NCBI GenBank assembly: GCA_013265495.1
Contig: MU058018.1
Location: forward strand, 50,149-70,148
Direction: 5' to 3'
DNA from: Vicugna vicugna
Taxonomy: Eukaryota
DNA length: 20,000 nt
Below are positions 11,126-20,000 of the stretch, in pieces. The first letter of the stretch is position 1. Each line of letters starts with the position of its first letter. Made by a program: the position numbers and the translations under genes. The notes under the pieces were generated by a model. It was not told the origin of the DNA. It ran no database searches and saw nothing but the letters and a program-made list of their open reading frames with translations.

Positions 11126-13149
11126 AAATACATACATAGCAAGTCATACCTTATAATTATTTTTTTTAATGGAAGCCATGTCTTCAGATGGTGGCATTGG
11201 AAGAAAAATAATAATTAAGAACAGCTATAAAATGATTGTTAGGAATCTTTCTGGAAAGCATGACTTAAAAGTTTTATTCTTAACATTTACATGTTTGTTT
11301 TTTTTTTAGTTTAATGCTATTGAACAGGAATATGTATGATGACAGGAATGGGAATAATTCAGTAACGTCGTTTCTGAGATAACATACCTAAGGTCTGCTG
11401 ATCTGAGTAACAGGGGTGTTGCAGTGCTAATACCATCCTTAAGTGCCGTTGTTAGTTATGCCATTGTTTAAATCACTTAGGATTTTGTAGTTTACACGTG
11501 CTGGGAGGCCTTAAAACTGAGTGCACATTATAAATCAAAGGAATAATAATAATAGCCCTAGACATTATCAGCAAATAACATATGACTACTAAATTATTGC
11601 AGTGACTTTTCAAGTAATATTTAAATATTTATTATTTTGCTCTCCTTTTTAAACATTTGTTTTAACCCAGTATTTCAAATCATTCACTCTGGCTTAATGC
11701 AGTCAATAAAAATATTGCAGAATATTACCATCCAACGGAGGAGTGATTTAAAGGAGATCACTTCTATCAGCCTGACTATTTTTCAGTCCAAATATTGCAC
11801 TGGGTACAAACACGTAAAACATCACTTTCTCAGATGACTATGGTGACAGTTTCCTGAGCCCCGCTCAGCAAGTCCTCAGCATGATTGAACCCCTTCATCA
11901 TCACCTTAAATTTGTTTACACAATTTCATTTTCTTATCAGCCAATTCAACACAGTCCCTCAGCCTCAGAACAGAAGCTTCTATTGTACTCTCTACCTTTA
12001 TCGACCTCCAGCAAGCATCCTCCACCGAAACATTCTTGAAAATTAACTTTAAATCTTTGCCTAAGGGGATTTTTTTTTCCGCCTTCCAATTTTCCACTTC
12101 TGTGGTCTTCTCTGTGCTTCAACATATTCAGAAATGTGTGCAGTTGATAGGAACACATTTGGAAAGGCGCTGCCAAGAAGCACCCCTCTCCTCTGCTGTT
12201 TCCAGGTGGCCACTCCGGTTTCATGCGGTGTGTGGTCTGTCCTGGTGGTGTCTGCCTAACGAGGCAATGGCAGCTCGCTAATGTTTTAGATATTTTAGTG
12301 GAATCCAACATCTAGTCCGTCCTTTTTTTTTTTTTTTTTAACTCGGAGACAGATTGCCAGGGAAATGAAATTTAAATAACAGTCACAAAAACTCTCCAAC
12401 GTAGATGACATAAAAGGCACTTGCTAAAGTAAATCATATCTTGGCAACTTAATGTCTTGCAGTAATGAGAAAATTTGAAGTCATTCCTGGGAACAATAGA
12501 TCATACAGCTCCATCCTTAACAGGAGCTTAAGATAAAATGGAAAAAAATGCAATAGCCATTAATATAGGAAACAGCTATGAAAATAAAACTTGCAAGAGG
12601 ATACACTAAATCAAAGATTTAAGTAACTTAAAAATAGTGCTGCTAAAAAACGGGAAGCAATTTTAGGCAGAGCAAAAAGCGTTTCAAATTACAGGTTAGC
12701 AGTCTCGAAACCCAACATCGTCCCAGGCAACGCCTCACGGCACTTGGTGCGCACGGTCACTATGATATGTGCAGCTGAGCCGTAGGGAGAGAATTTGCAG
12801 AATTCTTCCTCTAGTGAGCATCGCCCTATATGAATTATAGGTAGTTCAGTTTATTCATCACTGGTAGATTTGGAAAAGTGTTGATCGCATCTAGATAATT
12901 GATTTTATCACTTTATGAGGAGTGACTAGATTCAAAGACCTATTTATACGTAACGAACTCAAAAGGGACTAAGTATTACAATTCAACACCAATATATTCA
13001 TTGTACCCAGGCACATACAAGAGAGCAATAATTTTCCTTTTTTTTCCCTCGTATTACCAATGTGGAAGCTGTTCATGTAGAAAGACTTGGAGAATTCAGA
13101 TAACTTGAAAATGGAAAATAAAATTCAACCACAGGTACACTCTTTTTTT

Positions 13150-13268
13150 CCATTGGCCTACAAAAGAAAAGTCTAAACTCCCTGGCAGGATATAAAATAG
13201 CCTTTTGACATTTAACTTCTGGTTCCTGATCCAATCACCTAGCCAAACACAACCTTTCTCTCACTAAT
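13150..13268 (+). mobile_element. L2 3'-region fragment, left part
   Basis: 'cattggcctacaaaagaaaagtctaaactccctggcagg' matches the sense L2 consensus. Confidence 0.6.
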
Positions 13269-13889
13269 TGTTACTGAACCAAACTTGGGTCCGCTTTCCT
13301 GTGCGCAGTGAAGTCAGCCTGCTGACACCGGCTTGTGATGAAGGAAAGTGCAGTGTTTATTGCAGGTGCCAGGCAAGGAGTCTAGGCAGCTAGTGCTCAA
13401 AAAGCCCAAACTCCTTGATGGCTTCTAGGGAAAGGTTTTTAAAGACAGGGTGAGAGGAAGTAGAAGGGTGTGCAATCAGCTCATGGGCCTTCTTCTGACT
13501 GGCTGTTGGTGAGGTAATCCGGAGTCAACAGCATCAACCTTCTGGTTCCAACCAGTCTGGGGTCCAGGGCTTGTGGGCAGAATACAGTTAGCTCCTTCCT
13601 CCTAGTGGGGGTTTCATTATCTGCAAAACAGCTCAAAGGATATGGCTCAGAATATTACCTATAGCCCTTGAGAAGGAACTAAACGTCCCTGACTTTGTTT
13701 AGTGGCTACACTGCTTTCTTTTGTTTGGCTTGACTATTTTCCTTTGTTTCTGCATTTTCTCACTTCTCTGATTAAATGTATTCTTTGGAACTTGGGGAAG
13801 GCCTAGGAGTTTTTCTACAAACAAAAGGCAGGTGGAGGACACGGAGGGGTCTGTCCCAGGAAAGTCCCATAGGGTCCTGCTCGGTTAGA
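13269..13889 (-). mobile_element. Artiodactyl ERV1 solo LTR (MER41-like), ~620 bp
   Basis: Ends tgttactgaaccaaacttggg ... gggtcctgctcggttaga (TG...CA with one change); minus-strand AATAAA ('gtttattgc'); 4-bp flanks taat/ttat fit an ERV1 TSD. Confidence 0.85.
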
Positions 13890-14240
13890 TTATCTCCTAC
13901 TTTTAATCCCAAAATACTGAATTGCCTGTAGATTCCAGAACCAGCCTTGCTCCTTTATACCTTTGTAGGCACTGTCCCCTCTTCCTAGGCCCCTCTTCTC
14001 TTGGGAATCTAATCAACTTTTATCTCTTAAAACTCTCAGCTCGATTGCTGTATTCTCTGTGACATTGAACTTGACAGCCCCAGGCTGATACAGGTGCTAC
14101 TGCTCCTTCTACTGCTCCTGGCACATACATCATTAAAGCAATTGTCTTATTTAGTCACAGCTGTTTACTTGACGTGTCTCTCTGCAGTAGGCGATAGTTC
14201 CTTGAGGGGTTAGGCAGTGTCTTATTTCTAATTTAATATC
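13890..14240 (+). mobile_element. L2 3'-region fragment, right part
   Basis: 'cctttgtaggcactgtcccctcttcctagg', 'aactctcagctcgattg', 'gtgtctctctgcagtaggcgatagttccttgaggggttaggcagtgtcttatt'. Confidence 0.7.
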
Positions 14241-14513
14241 ATTAACACAGAAGGAGATAAGAGTACAGTTCTTTATAGAATCAAGTCCCTTGTCTCTGTT
14301 AGCCCATGAACTAAGCACCCAGACTCAGACTGATATACCAGGAAAGACTTCACTTCTGGTCTAAGTTTTCTCCATACAGACTCTACAGTGAGTGAGGGAT
14401 GAGAGAGGCTTATAATCGCTGCTAGTTAACTAACCAGTTACTTCCTGAATGTGGCAGAACTTTTGTTCTCTTATTCTCGACTCCCAAGTATACTTGAGAG
14501 TCTCCTTATTGTA

Positions 14514-14531
14514 AAAAAAAAAAAAAAAAAA
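14514..14531. repeat. Poly(A) tract
   Basis: Run of 18 A. Confidence 0.9.
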
Positions 14532-14989
14532 GCTTTTTAAAAAATTTACCCATATCCCATTTATCCCAGAGTCCTATAAAGAATGTTTCTCTCTCATTCC
14601 TGCTTTGATGTCCTGCTCCCTTTTCCAGACTGTATCCGTGGTTGAAAAGCTTTCCCTTTGGAAAAATCTTTATTAAAATGAATTGAGAAATTTTGGATCT
14701 CTGAGAATAGAGAAAATATTGAAGGAAAGAATTGCTGTTTCAGCCTCAGGATCAAACATGAATCAATAATCATCAATAATCAGCCATTTACATTGTCCTG
14801 AGCAATCTTTTTGTAGCATAATGACTGTGTTTTCAAGCAGAGAGAGACATATCTTTTTTCCTTTCTATCTCTGAGCTGCATTTTAAAGGCTGTATCCTTT
14901 TTTTTTTCGGTCTTGATTAATACCCAGAGGGAGAGGCTAAATTTTTTGCCCAAGAAGGTGGTAGTGATAAATTGGTGAAGAAAATACTT

Positions 14990-15065
14990 TCTCCTGCCAC
15001 ACTGCATCCCCAGAGTCTAGCAGGGTAATGGCACATGTTACATATATATAATTATCTTTTCAATG
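14990..15065 (+). mobile_element. L2 terminal fragment
   Basis: 'actgcatccccagagtctagcagggtaatggcacatg' matches the L2 3' tail. Confidence 0.55.
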
Positions 15066-15267
15066 AGCCAAAAGATTAGTAAATTAATGATGCTCCTAAC
15101 CAAAGAGCTTTAGGTATATTATAAGGTCAGGGACCAGTTTGAAAAATGATTCTGGGAACCAGAAGTTGAGTAGAAACAGAATGCTGAGGCCATTTCTTTC
15201 AAAGCTTTGCTTAGAAAGAAATGGAGCAGCATTTGGAAGGGGAGATAGGGTCGGAAGTTACCGTTTT

Positions 15268-15410
15268 TTCCTACAGTATCACACAGGGAACTGTATTCAT
15301 ACCTTGTAATAGCCAATATTGAAGAAGAATATGAAATGTATAACTGAATCACTTTGCTGTACACCAGAAATTAACACAACATTTTAAACTGACTATACTT
15401 CAATTAAAAA
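15268..15410 (+). mobile_element. Artiodactyl-type L1 3' end (short)
   Basis: 'acagggaactgtattc...gtataactgaatcactttgctgtacaccagaaattaacacaacattttaaactgactatacttcaattaaaaa'. Confidence 0.9.
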
Positions 15411-15604
15411 TTCTTCTTAATTAAAAAAGTAAAACATATAGAGAATCAACAGCTTTACAAAAATTACCATGGCTTCAATGTTTCATGCAATTTTTTCATT
15501 AACCTTAGAGGCCCTTTTAGCAATTACTATCTCTTGTAAAGAATCATTTATGTGGAAAAAATTAACGAATTTTTTTAAGAAATTACTTTATTTGATTGTT
15601 TTAA

Positions 15605-15890
15605 TTCTTATTTTTCAAGATGGGAAAATGTAAACATATCAACATAGTGAAGAAAAGGTCTCTTTGAGGGTGGAAAAGTTACAGGTCTGAAAAGAAAGGG
15701 CACATATTATGAAGCAATGTCCCCAAGAAAGATGAAAGGAGCAAACAGAAAGGGGTTCACTTTACAAAAGAGCCCCCTGTCTTTAAATTGAAGGTGGGGT
15801 GGATGTGAAAATGGACACAGAGGCAGTAAAGTTTATCACAGAGAATCAGTAATTTAAAGAAATTCATATCTGAAAGCTTTTCTCAATTTA
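15605..15890 (-). mobile_element. L2 internal fragment
   Basis: 'tttttcaagatgggaaaatgtaaacatat...gaagcaatgtccccaagaaagatg' is colinear with antisense L2. Confidence 0.55.
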
Positions 15891-16027
15891 GAAATATATG
15901 CGTTTTTATTTTTTTTGCCAACAGTTGAGTAAATCTTACTTAACATTTCATGGTGAACTGTCAGAGCAGTTCCATGTAAGTTTCCTCTTTTGTTTTATTT
16001 ATTCATCAGTTTTATCCCTATTTCCAC

Positions 16028-16397
16028 TTTCATTCATCTACTCTGCCCCTATAGGCACTTATTCAAATGTCTGTTACTGGTGATATTTACCTGTCCCCCA
16101 GTGCATTATTCTTAGCATGTGCAGGTGTAGATGGGGCTGAGGAATATGTCAGTGAAAAAAATAGAAGAAAAGAATTATCCTGCCTTTGTGGATTTTCTAT
16201 ACTCATATGAGGAGAGGAAGCAGGAGAAAGAAAAGTGAAAATATATAGGTAAAGCAAATAGCTTAGATGCTCCTAAGTGTTAACAAGAAAAAAGAAATCA
16301 GGGAGTAAGAATAGGAAGTGGCCAGGAAAGGTGATGTTGGGGTTCTGATCAAGGTCATTGGAGTCTCACAGAGAACGTGACATTTGAATAAATACTT
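16028..16397 (-). mobile_element. L2a 3' end (antisense); continues at ~17295
   Basis: 'ttcattcatc...ggggctgaggaatatgtcagtgaa...cctgcctttgtgga...gtctcacagagaacgtgacatttgaataaatactt'. Confidence 0.7.
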
Positions 16398-16712
16398 CAA
16401 GTCAGATCATGTCTCTTCTCTGCTCATATCCTTTAAAGAGCTTCCCACATCACCAGACAAAACTAAGGATCTTTAGAAATGCCTACAAAGCCCTGCACAG
16501 CTGCCCATCCTTCAGCTCTGTAACCTCATCTGCCACTGCCCCTCACGCCCAAGGCCCCGAAACAGTGCTGCTCCCAGAACAAGAACAAGCCAGCCCCTCC
16601 CAGCCGACCCTCCTGTTCCTCCTCCAGCCAAACAGCTCCCCTACTTACCTCTTCCTGTTCTTTGCTTCATTGGCACTTTCCCAACAAGCTCTTCCCTGAC
16701 TGCATTTAAATG
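16398..16712 (+). mobile_element. L2a fragment (sense), nested in the antisense L2
   Basis: 'aagtcagatcatgtctcttctctgctca...gcctacaaagccctgcac...cttccctgactgcatttaaa'. Confidence 0.75.
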
Positions 16713-16949
16713 AATCAGCCACATGCCCTGAACAAAAGAGGGTGATATTTGTGTCCAGCTCATTGTGGACAGGAGGAGATTTCCAAGAGATGCAAGATGT
16801 CCTCTGTACCCCACCTGAATGACCCATCCAGAGACCACAGCTTCCTGGCTTCCTCTCCAGCTCTCCAGCTATGAGGTCCTGCTACCTCTGAAAAAAGAGT
16901 TCATAAACTACTAGAGCATCCAAAAAATAATTATATAAATAAATAAAAT

Positions 16950-17170
16950 GCTAATGCATCCTCTATCCCATGTCTACAGTCTCTACAGCTCTTTCCTGCC
17001 AAACTTTACTCCATAAAATGTATCACTTCCTAAAATGCTATACAAATTGCTCCTTTTGCTTATTATATGTCTCTCCTCAACTACCTTCCCCCCATCCCCT
17101 TCCTCGACAGGCACACACACTAGAGGGTAGCCCCTGGGGGAGCGGATGGGGAATAATTCTTTTCTGTTTT
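16950..17170 (+). mobile_element. L2a 3' region (sense), continuation
   Basis: 'tttactccataaaatgtatcacttcctaaaatgctatacaaatt...ttattatatgtctc...actagagggtagcccctggggg'. Confidence 0.6.
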
Positions 17171-17263
17171 TGTTTTTTTTTTTAATGGAGGTACTGGAGA
17201 TTGAACCCAGGATCTCCTGCTCATTAAGCATGTGCTCTACCACTGAGCAACACCCCCGTACCC
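17171..17263 (-). mobile_element. tRNA-derived camelid-type SINE with 10-bp TSD
   Basis: Minus strand GGGGGTGTTGCTCAGTGGTAGAGCACATGCTTAATGAGCAGGAGATCCTGGGTTCAATCTCCAGTACCTCCATT(A)n with A and B boxes; TSD tttctgtttt at 17161-17170 and 17264-17273. Confidence 0.92.
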
Positions 17264-17294
17264 TTTCTGTTTTAGTCATGGATGTGTTTACTGG

Positions 17295-17560
17295 AAGCAA
17301 ATGCCAGAGGAAGAGCGTCCCTGGCTTGTTCAACAAACAGTAAAGAGGCCACTGTAGCTGGAACAGATGAACTCAGATAGGAAAGCAGGGCAGCAGGCAA
17401 ACTGGGCTGGGTTGTGTCGTCTCCCCTCCCTCCATAGGATTTTGGCTTTGGCTGTGAGTGCTGTGCGATTCCTTGGAAGAATTTTAGTAAATGAACTGTA
17501 ACAAGTCAAGGGCTAAGACTGGGAGACCAGTCAAGAGAGCAGTATAATAAACTGGGGTAG
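17295..17560 (-). mobile_element. L2a antisense, continuation
   Basis: 'cctggcttgttcaacaaacagtaaagaggccactgtagctggaacag', 'aggattttggctttggctgtgagtg', 'gggagaccagtcaagag'. Confidence 0.75.
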
Positions 17561-17614
17561 CTTAGCTCCTTATAAGATGTTTAGTGGCATTCTGTGTTCA
17601 TGCATTTTTAATTA

Positions 17615-17760
17615 GCACAAATTATTGTACCATTTGTCCCCTTCTCTTTTTTACTTTTGTTTTTTTCACTCAGCAGTACATTTCATGATGTAATCATGCT
17701 GATGGGTGAACAGCTAGTCAATTGTTTCTAATTGCTAAGTATTATTTCACTGTCTGTACC
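17615..17760 (-). mobile_element. L1ME-class 3' fragment
   Basis: 'ttttttcactcagcagtacatttcatgatgtaatcatgctgatg...taattgctaagtattatttcactgt'. Confidence 0.65.
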
Positions 17761-17889
17761 TTTTTTCATAAGGTGAACTAGAAACAAGGTTAAGATTAGG
17801 ATGTTTGTTGTTAGGGAAACCACATTAGAAGAATAAAGGTAAGAAACAATTTGCTAAAGAGAATGGGATCGTGTGAGCAAAACAGAAAA

Positions 17890-17985
17890 GCAATGGGTTC
17901 GTTTAAACAACGTTGGAATTTGCCAGATGGAGACAGTGAAGGAAGACGGTTAGAGAACTGAAAGAGCTAATAAGCAAATGGTGAA
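17890..17985 (-). mobile_element. Decayed L2 fragment
   Basis: 'gttggaatttgccagatggagacagtgaaggaag' resembles antisense L2. Confidence 0.4.
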
Positions 17986-18249
17986 CGGACAGTGGTAATA
18001 CAATAATAATAACAATAACAGTACCACTAACAATAAGGTCTTTTTTCCTACTTTAAATACCCAAGACACAGGCTGGGGATTCACTTACATTCATTAAAAT
18101 AGGGGGCTAATATACTTGGAGAACAAAGAGAAATCAAAGCATTTAATACTACATGGAAATCAGCAAAGCAATTTAGTGGAAATAATAGAAAGAAAGAAAG
18201 GTATAGAAGATGACATTCAGAAGTACTGATACTTCACTTTTCCAGAAGT

Positions 18250-18440
18250 GAAGACTGTCAAGATCGTGACCAAGTGACTATCTTCACAACTGGATGAGGA
18301 GCGAGGCTGTTAGAGAATCATGGGCATGGCTGTTGAAATTCCTCAAGATGACAGTAGGAGTTGGGGTGGAAAATTCGGATGCTAGCGTGTAATGACTGGG
18401 GTTGCGGTGGGAGAGGGGCTGACAACCTTGTTCCCACTGA
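18250..18440 (-). mobile_element. L2 ORF2 APE-endonuclease remnant
   Basis: Minus translation STPTPTVILRNFNSH resembles L2 'ILGDFNIH'; a GHDLD motif (about GHTLD) follows. Confidence 0.7.
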
Positions 18441-18501
18441 TCTGTAAGGCAGGAAGGAATAAGAAGCCTATACAGAGGAGGACAGGGAAGTTGCAGCACC
18501 A

Positions 18502-18543
18502 CTGAAGGTGAGCCAGGCTGAAGGCAAGCCAGGCTGAAGGCAA
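18502..18543. repeat. 16-bp tandem repeat, ~2.5 copies (agccaggctgaaggca)
   Basis: Exact copies at 18511-18526 and 18527-18542, preceded by a partial copy. Confidence 0.85.
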
Positions 18544-19904
18544 CGCAGAGCAGGAAATCACGTGGAGATGCCGAGTTACAAGGCAGCTTGTTGTCAGCAG
18601 GAAAAGGGGTTCCAAACCGCACAATCACAAAATCTAAAGGAAGATCATGGAAGAAAACACAGAGCCATAGAGTGGACAGAGAAGGGAAGAAATAGCTCAT
18701 AAAATGGGCTTGCATTTAGGCAGCGAGGTATCATAGTTCTAAATAAAATAATGGCAAAATTCCCCCAGTTACTTAAATAATTAATTTGGAGCAAAATCTA
18801 TTCAATTAAACAAGTGCTTCGGCCTCTAAATCCAACCCATTTACCAGAAGTGCCTTCATGGTGGGGGGAGGAGAGTCTGTTTCACCCAGCATTTCAGACA
18901 TTCTCACCCATCCCCCCACAGACATGTGCACATATACAAAATAAAATGAAAATGAAAACTATTAATGTATCATGTTGTCTATTGGATCAGTTGGTAAAAA
19001 TATAACAAGGTATCATTCCAATAACTGCATTAAATGGCCTCTCATTCTCTTTCCCCTTCCTGAAGCAAATAATAAATAATCAATCTGCTTCTGACATTGA
19101 GTAGTTTTAACTTTAAAAATTTTTTCTAGTTGGTCCTTTGGCTGACAATTTTTAAAGTGGCTTTTTCTTTTTTACCTTCATACTATTTGGTACACACACA
19201 AACCATTAACAGGTCTGAATTTTAAATAAATACACAAAATGTATTTTCTCACCTCAAGTTTTGCACATTGTTCTAAAAATAAAATATAAGAAACTAGAGC
19301 AGTTTATATTTTGGGAAATCACAGTGTGTTTAAAATTCAAATGATAGGGTTTGTTTTTAAAATTAGAAAAGCTCCATACTAATTATTTGACTTCTGAATG
19401 TGCCAACTACTTTGCAGTCCTGAGCACAGACATTACAAACCTCCCGCTAGGACTGAGAGCGACTGGATTATGTCCACAGAGGAAGGCCTCAGTCTCTATT
19501 TTCTTAAGTCCTAGAAGAGAACATGGTCACGAGTAACTTCTCCTAAGATGTGAAATCACTCCCATGGCCAGAGAATTGCCAGGTAGAATTGTTTATTAAC
19601 AGAAGAGTTCCACAGCTTACAGACACAAGCCAAAGAGCTGGGTACCAGCATGACGTCGGTCCTCTCACTTCTTGGACAGCACTGGGAGCTGAGGACAGGG
19701 GACAGGGATGAAATGAACATGGAGTTGCCCCGAAGGAATTCATAGTCCACTGAGGGAGACGGATGCAGAAGTAAATACTTTACAATAATTAATAAATGCA
19801 ACTCCTTTGTGTGTCTGAATTGCCTGGAAGAGCGGGAAAGACTGTTGATTAATAGAAAGAAATCAGCCTTATTAATCACTTGTGAACAAAAACAAAGTCA
19901 AGGA

Positions 19905-20000
19905 TATGATGCCAACTGTAGGTTTGTCATATATAGCTTTTATTATGTTGAGATATGTTCCCTCTATTCCCACTTTGGCGAGAGTTTTTATCATAAATGG
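19905..20000 (-). mobile_element. L1 ORF2 reverse-transcriptase fragment, runs off the window
   Basis: Uninterrupted minus-strand frame [32 protein letters not shown], a close match to mammalian L1 ORF2p. Confidence 0.93.

Noticed and set aside
11411..11466. Possible tiny hAT MITE (caggggtgttgc ... gttatgccattg as decayed TIRs)
   Set aside because: The inverted ends match poorly and there is no 8-bp TSD
12185..12315. Plus-strand splice acceptor (ctctcctctgctgtttccag|) starting an exon
   Set aside because: No convincing donor; all three frames close within ~110 nt and give no recognisable peptide
17185..17257. tRNA gene
   Set aside because: The poly(A) tail, TSD and degenerate cloverleaf identify it as a SINE
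17995..18100. (AAT/AAC)n run followed by a possible antisense MIR remnant
   Set aside because: Too diverged to support by eye
18284..18715. Longest ORF in the window (143 aa)
   Set aside because: The C-terminal part is a decayed L2 endonuclease remnant; the rest is unrecognisable and includes a tandem duplication
1..20000. Prokaryote-type systems (operons, CRISPR arrays, defence loci) or any novel coding system
   Set aside because: The DNA is mammalian and repeat-rich, with no long ORFs and no regularly spaced repeat-spacer array

Overview
AT-rich, CpG-poor mammalian non-coding DNA (intronic or intergenic). A short tRNA-derived SINE and the lineage-specific L1 3' ends point to a camelid (alpaca/llama/camel); this is inferred from recalled consensus sequences, not from a search. 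No host protein-coding gene is recognisable. The window holds ancient eutherian repeats (L2, MIR, MER20, MLT1A, MLT1J-like, L1MC/L1ME), an artiodactyl ERV1 (MER41-like) solo LTR, three lineage-specific L1 3' fragments, a SINE and an L1 ORF2 RT fragment at the right edge. The most notable features are retrotransposition footprints: an L1 inserted in MER20 with a perfect 13-bp TSD and a probable short 3' transduction, a possible unidentified retroposed RNA fragment in an L2, and a probable 5'-inverted L1 at the edge. There is also one candidate 102-nt minus-strand exon and a few candidate enhancers. I found no evidence of a new biological system. Subfamily names come from memory and the boundaries of old repeats are approximate.
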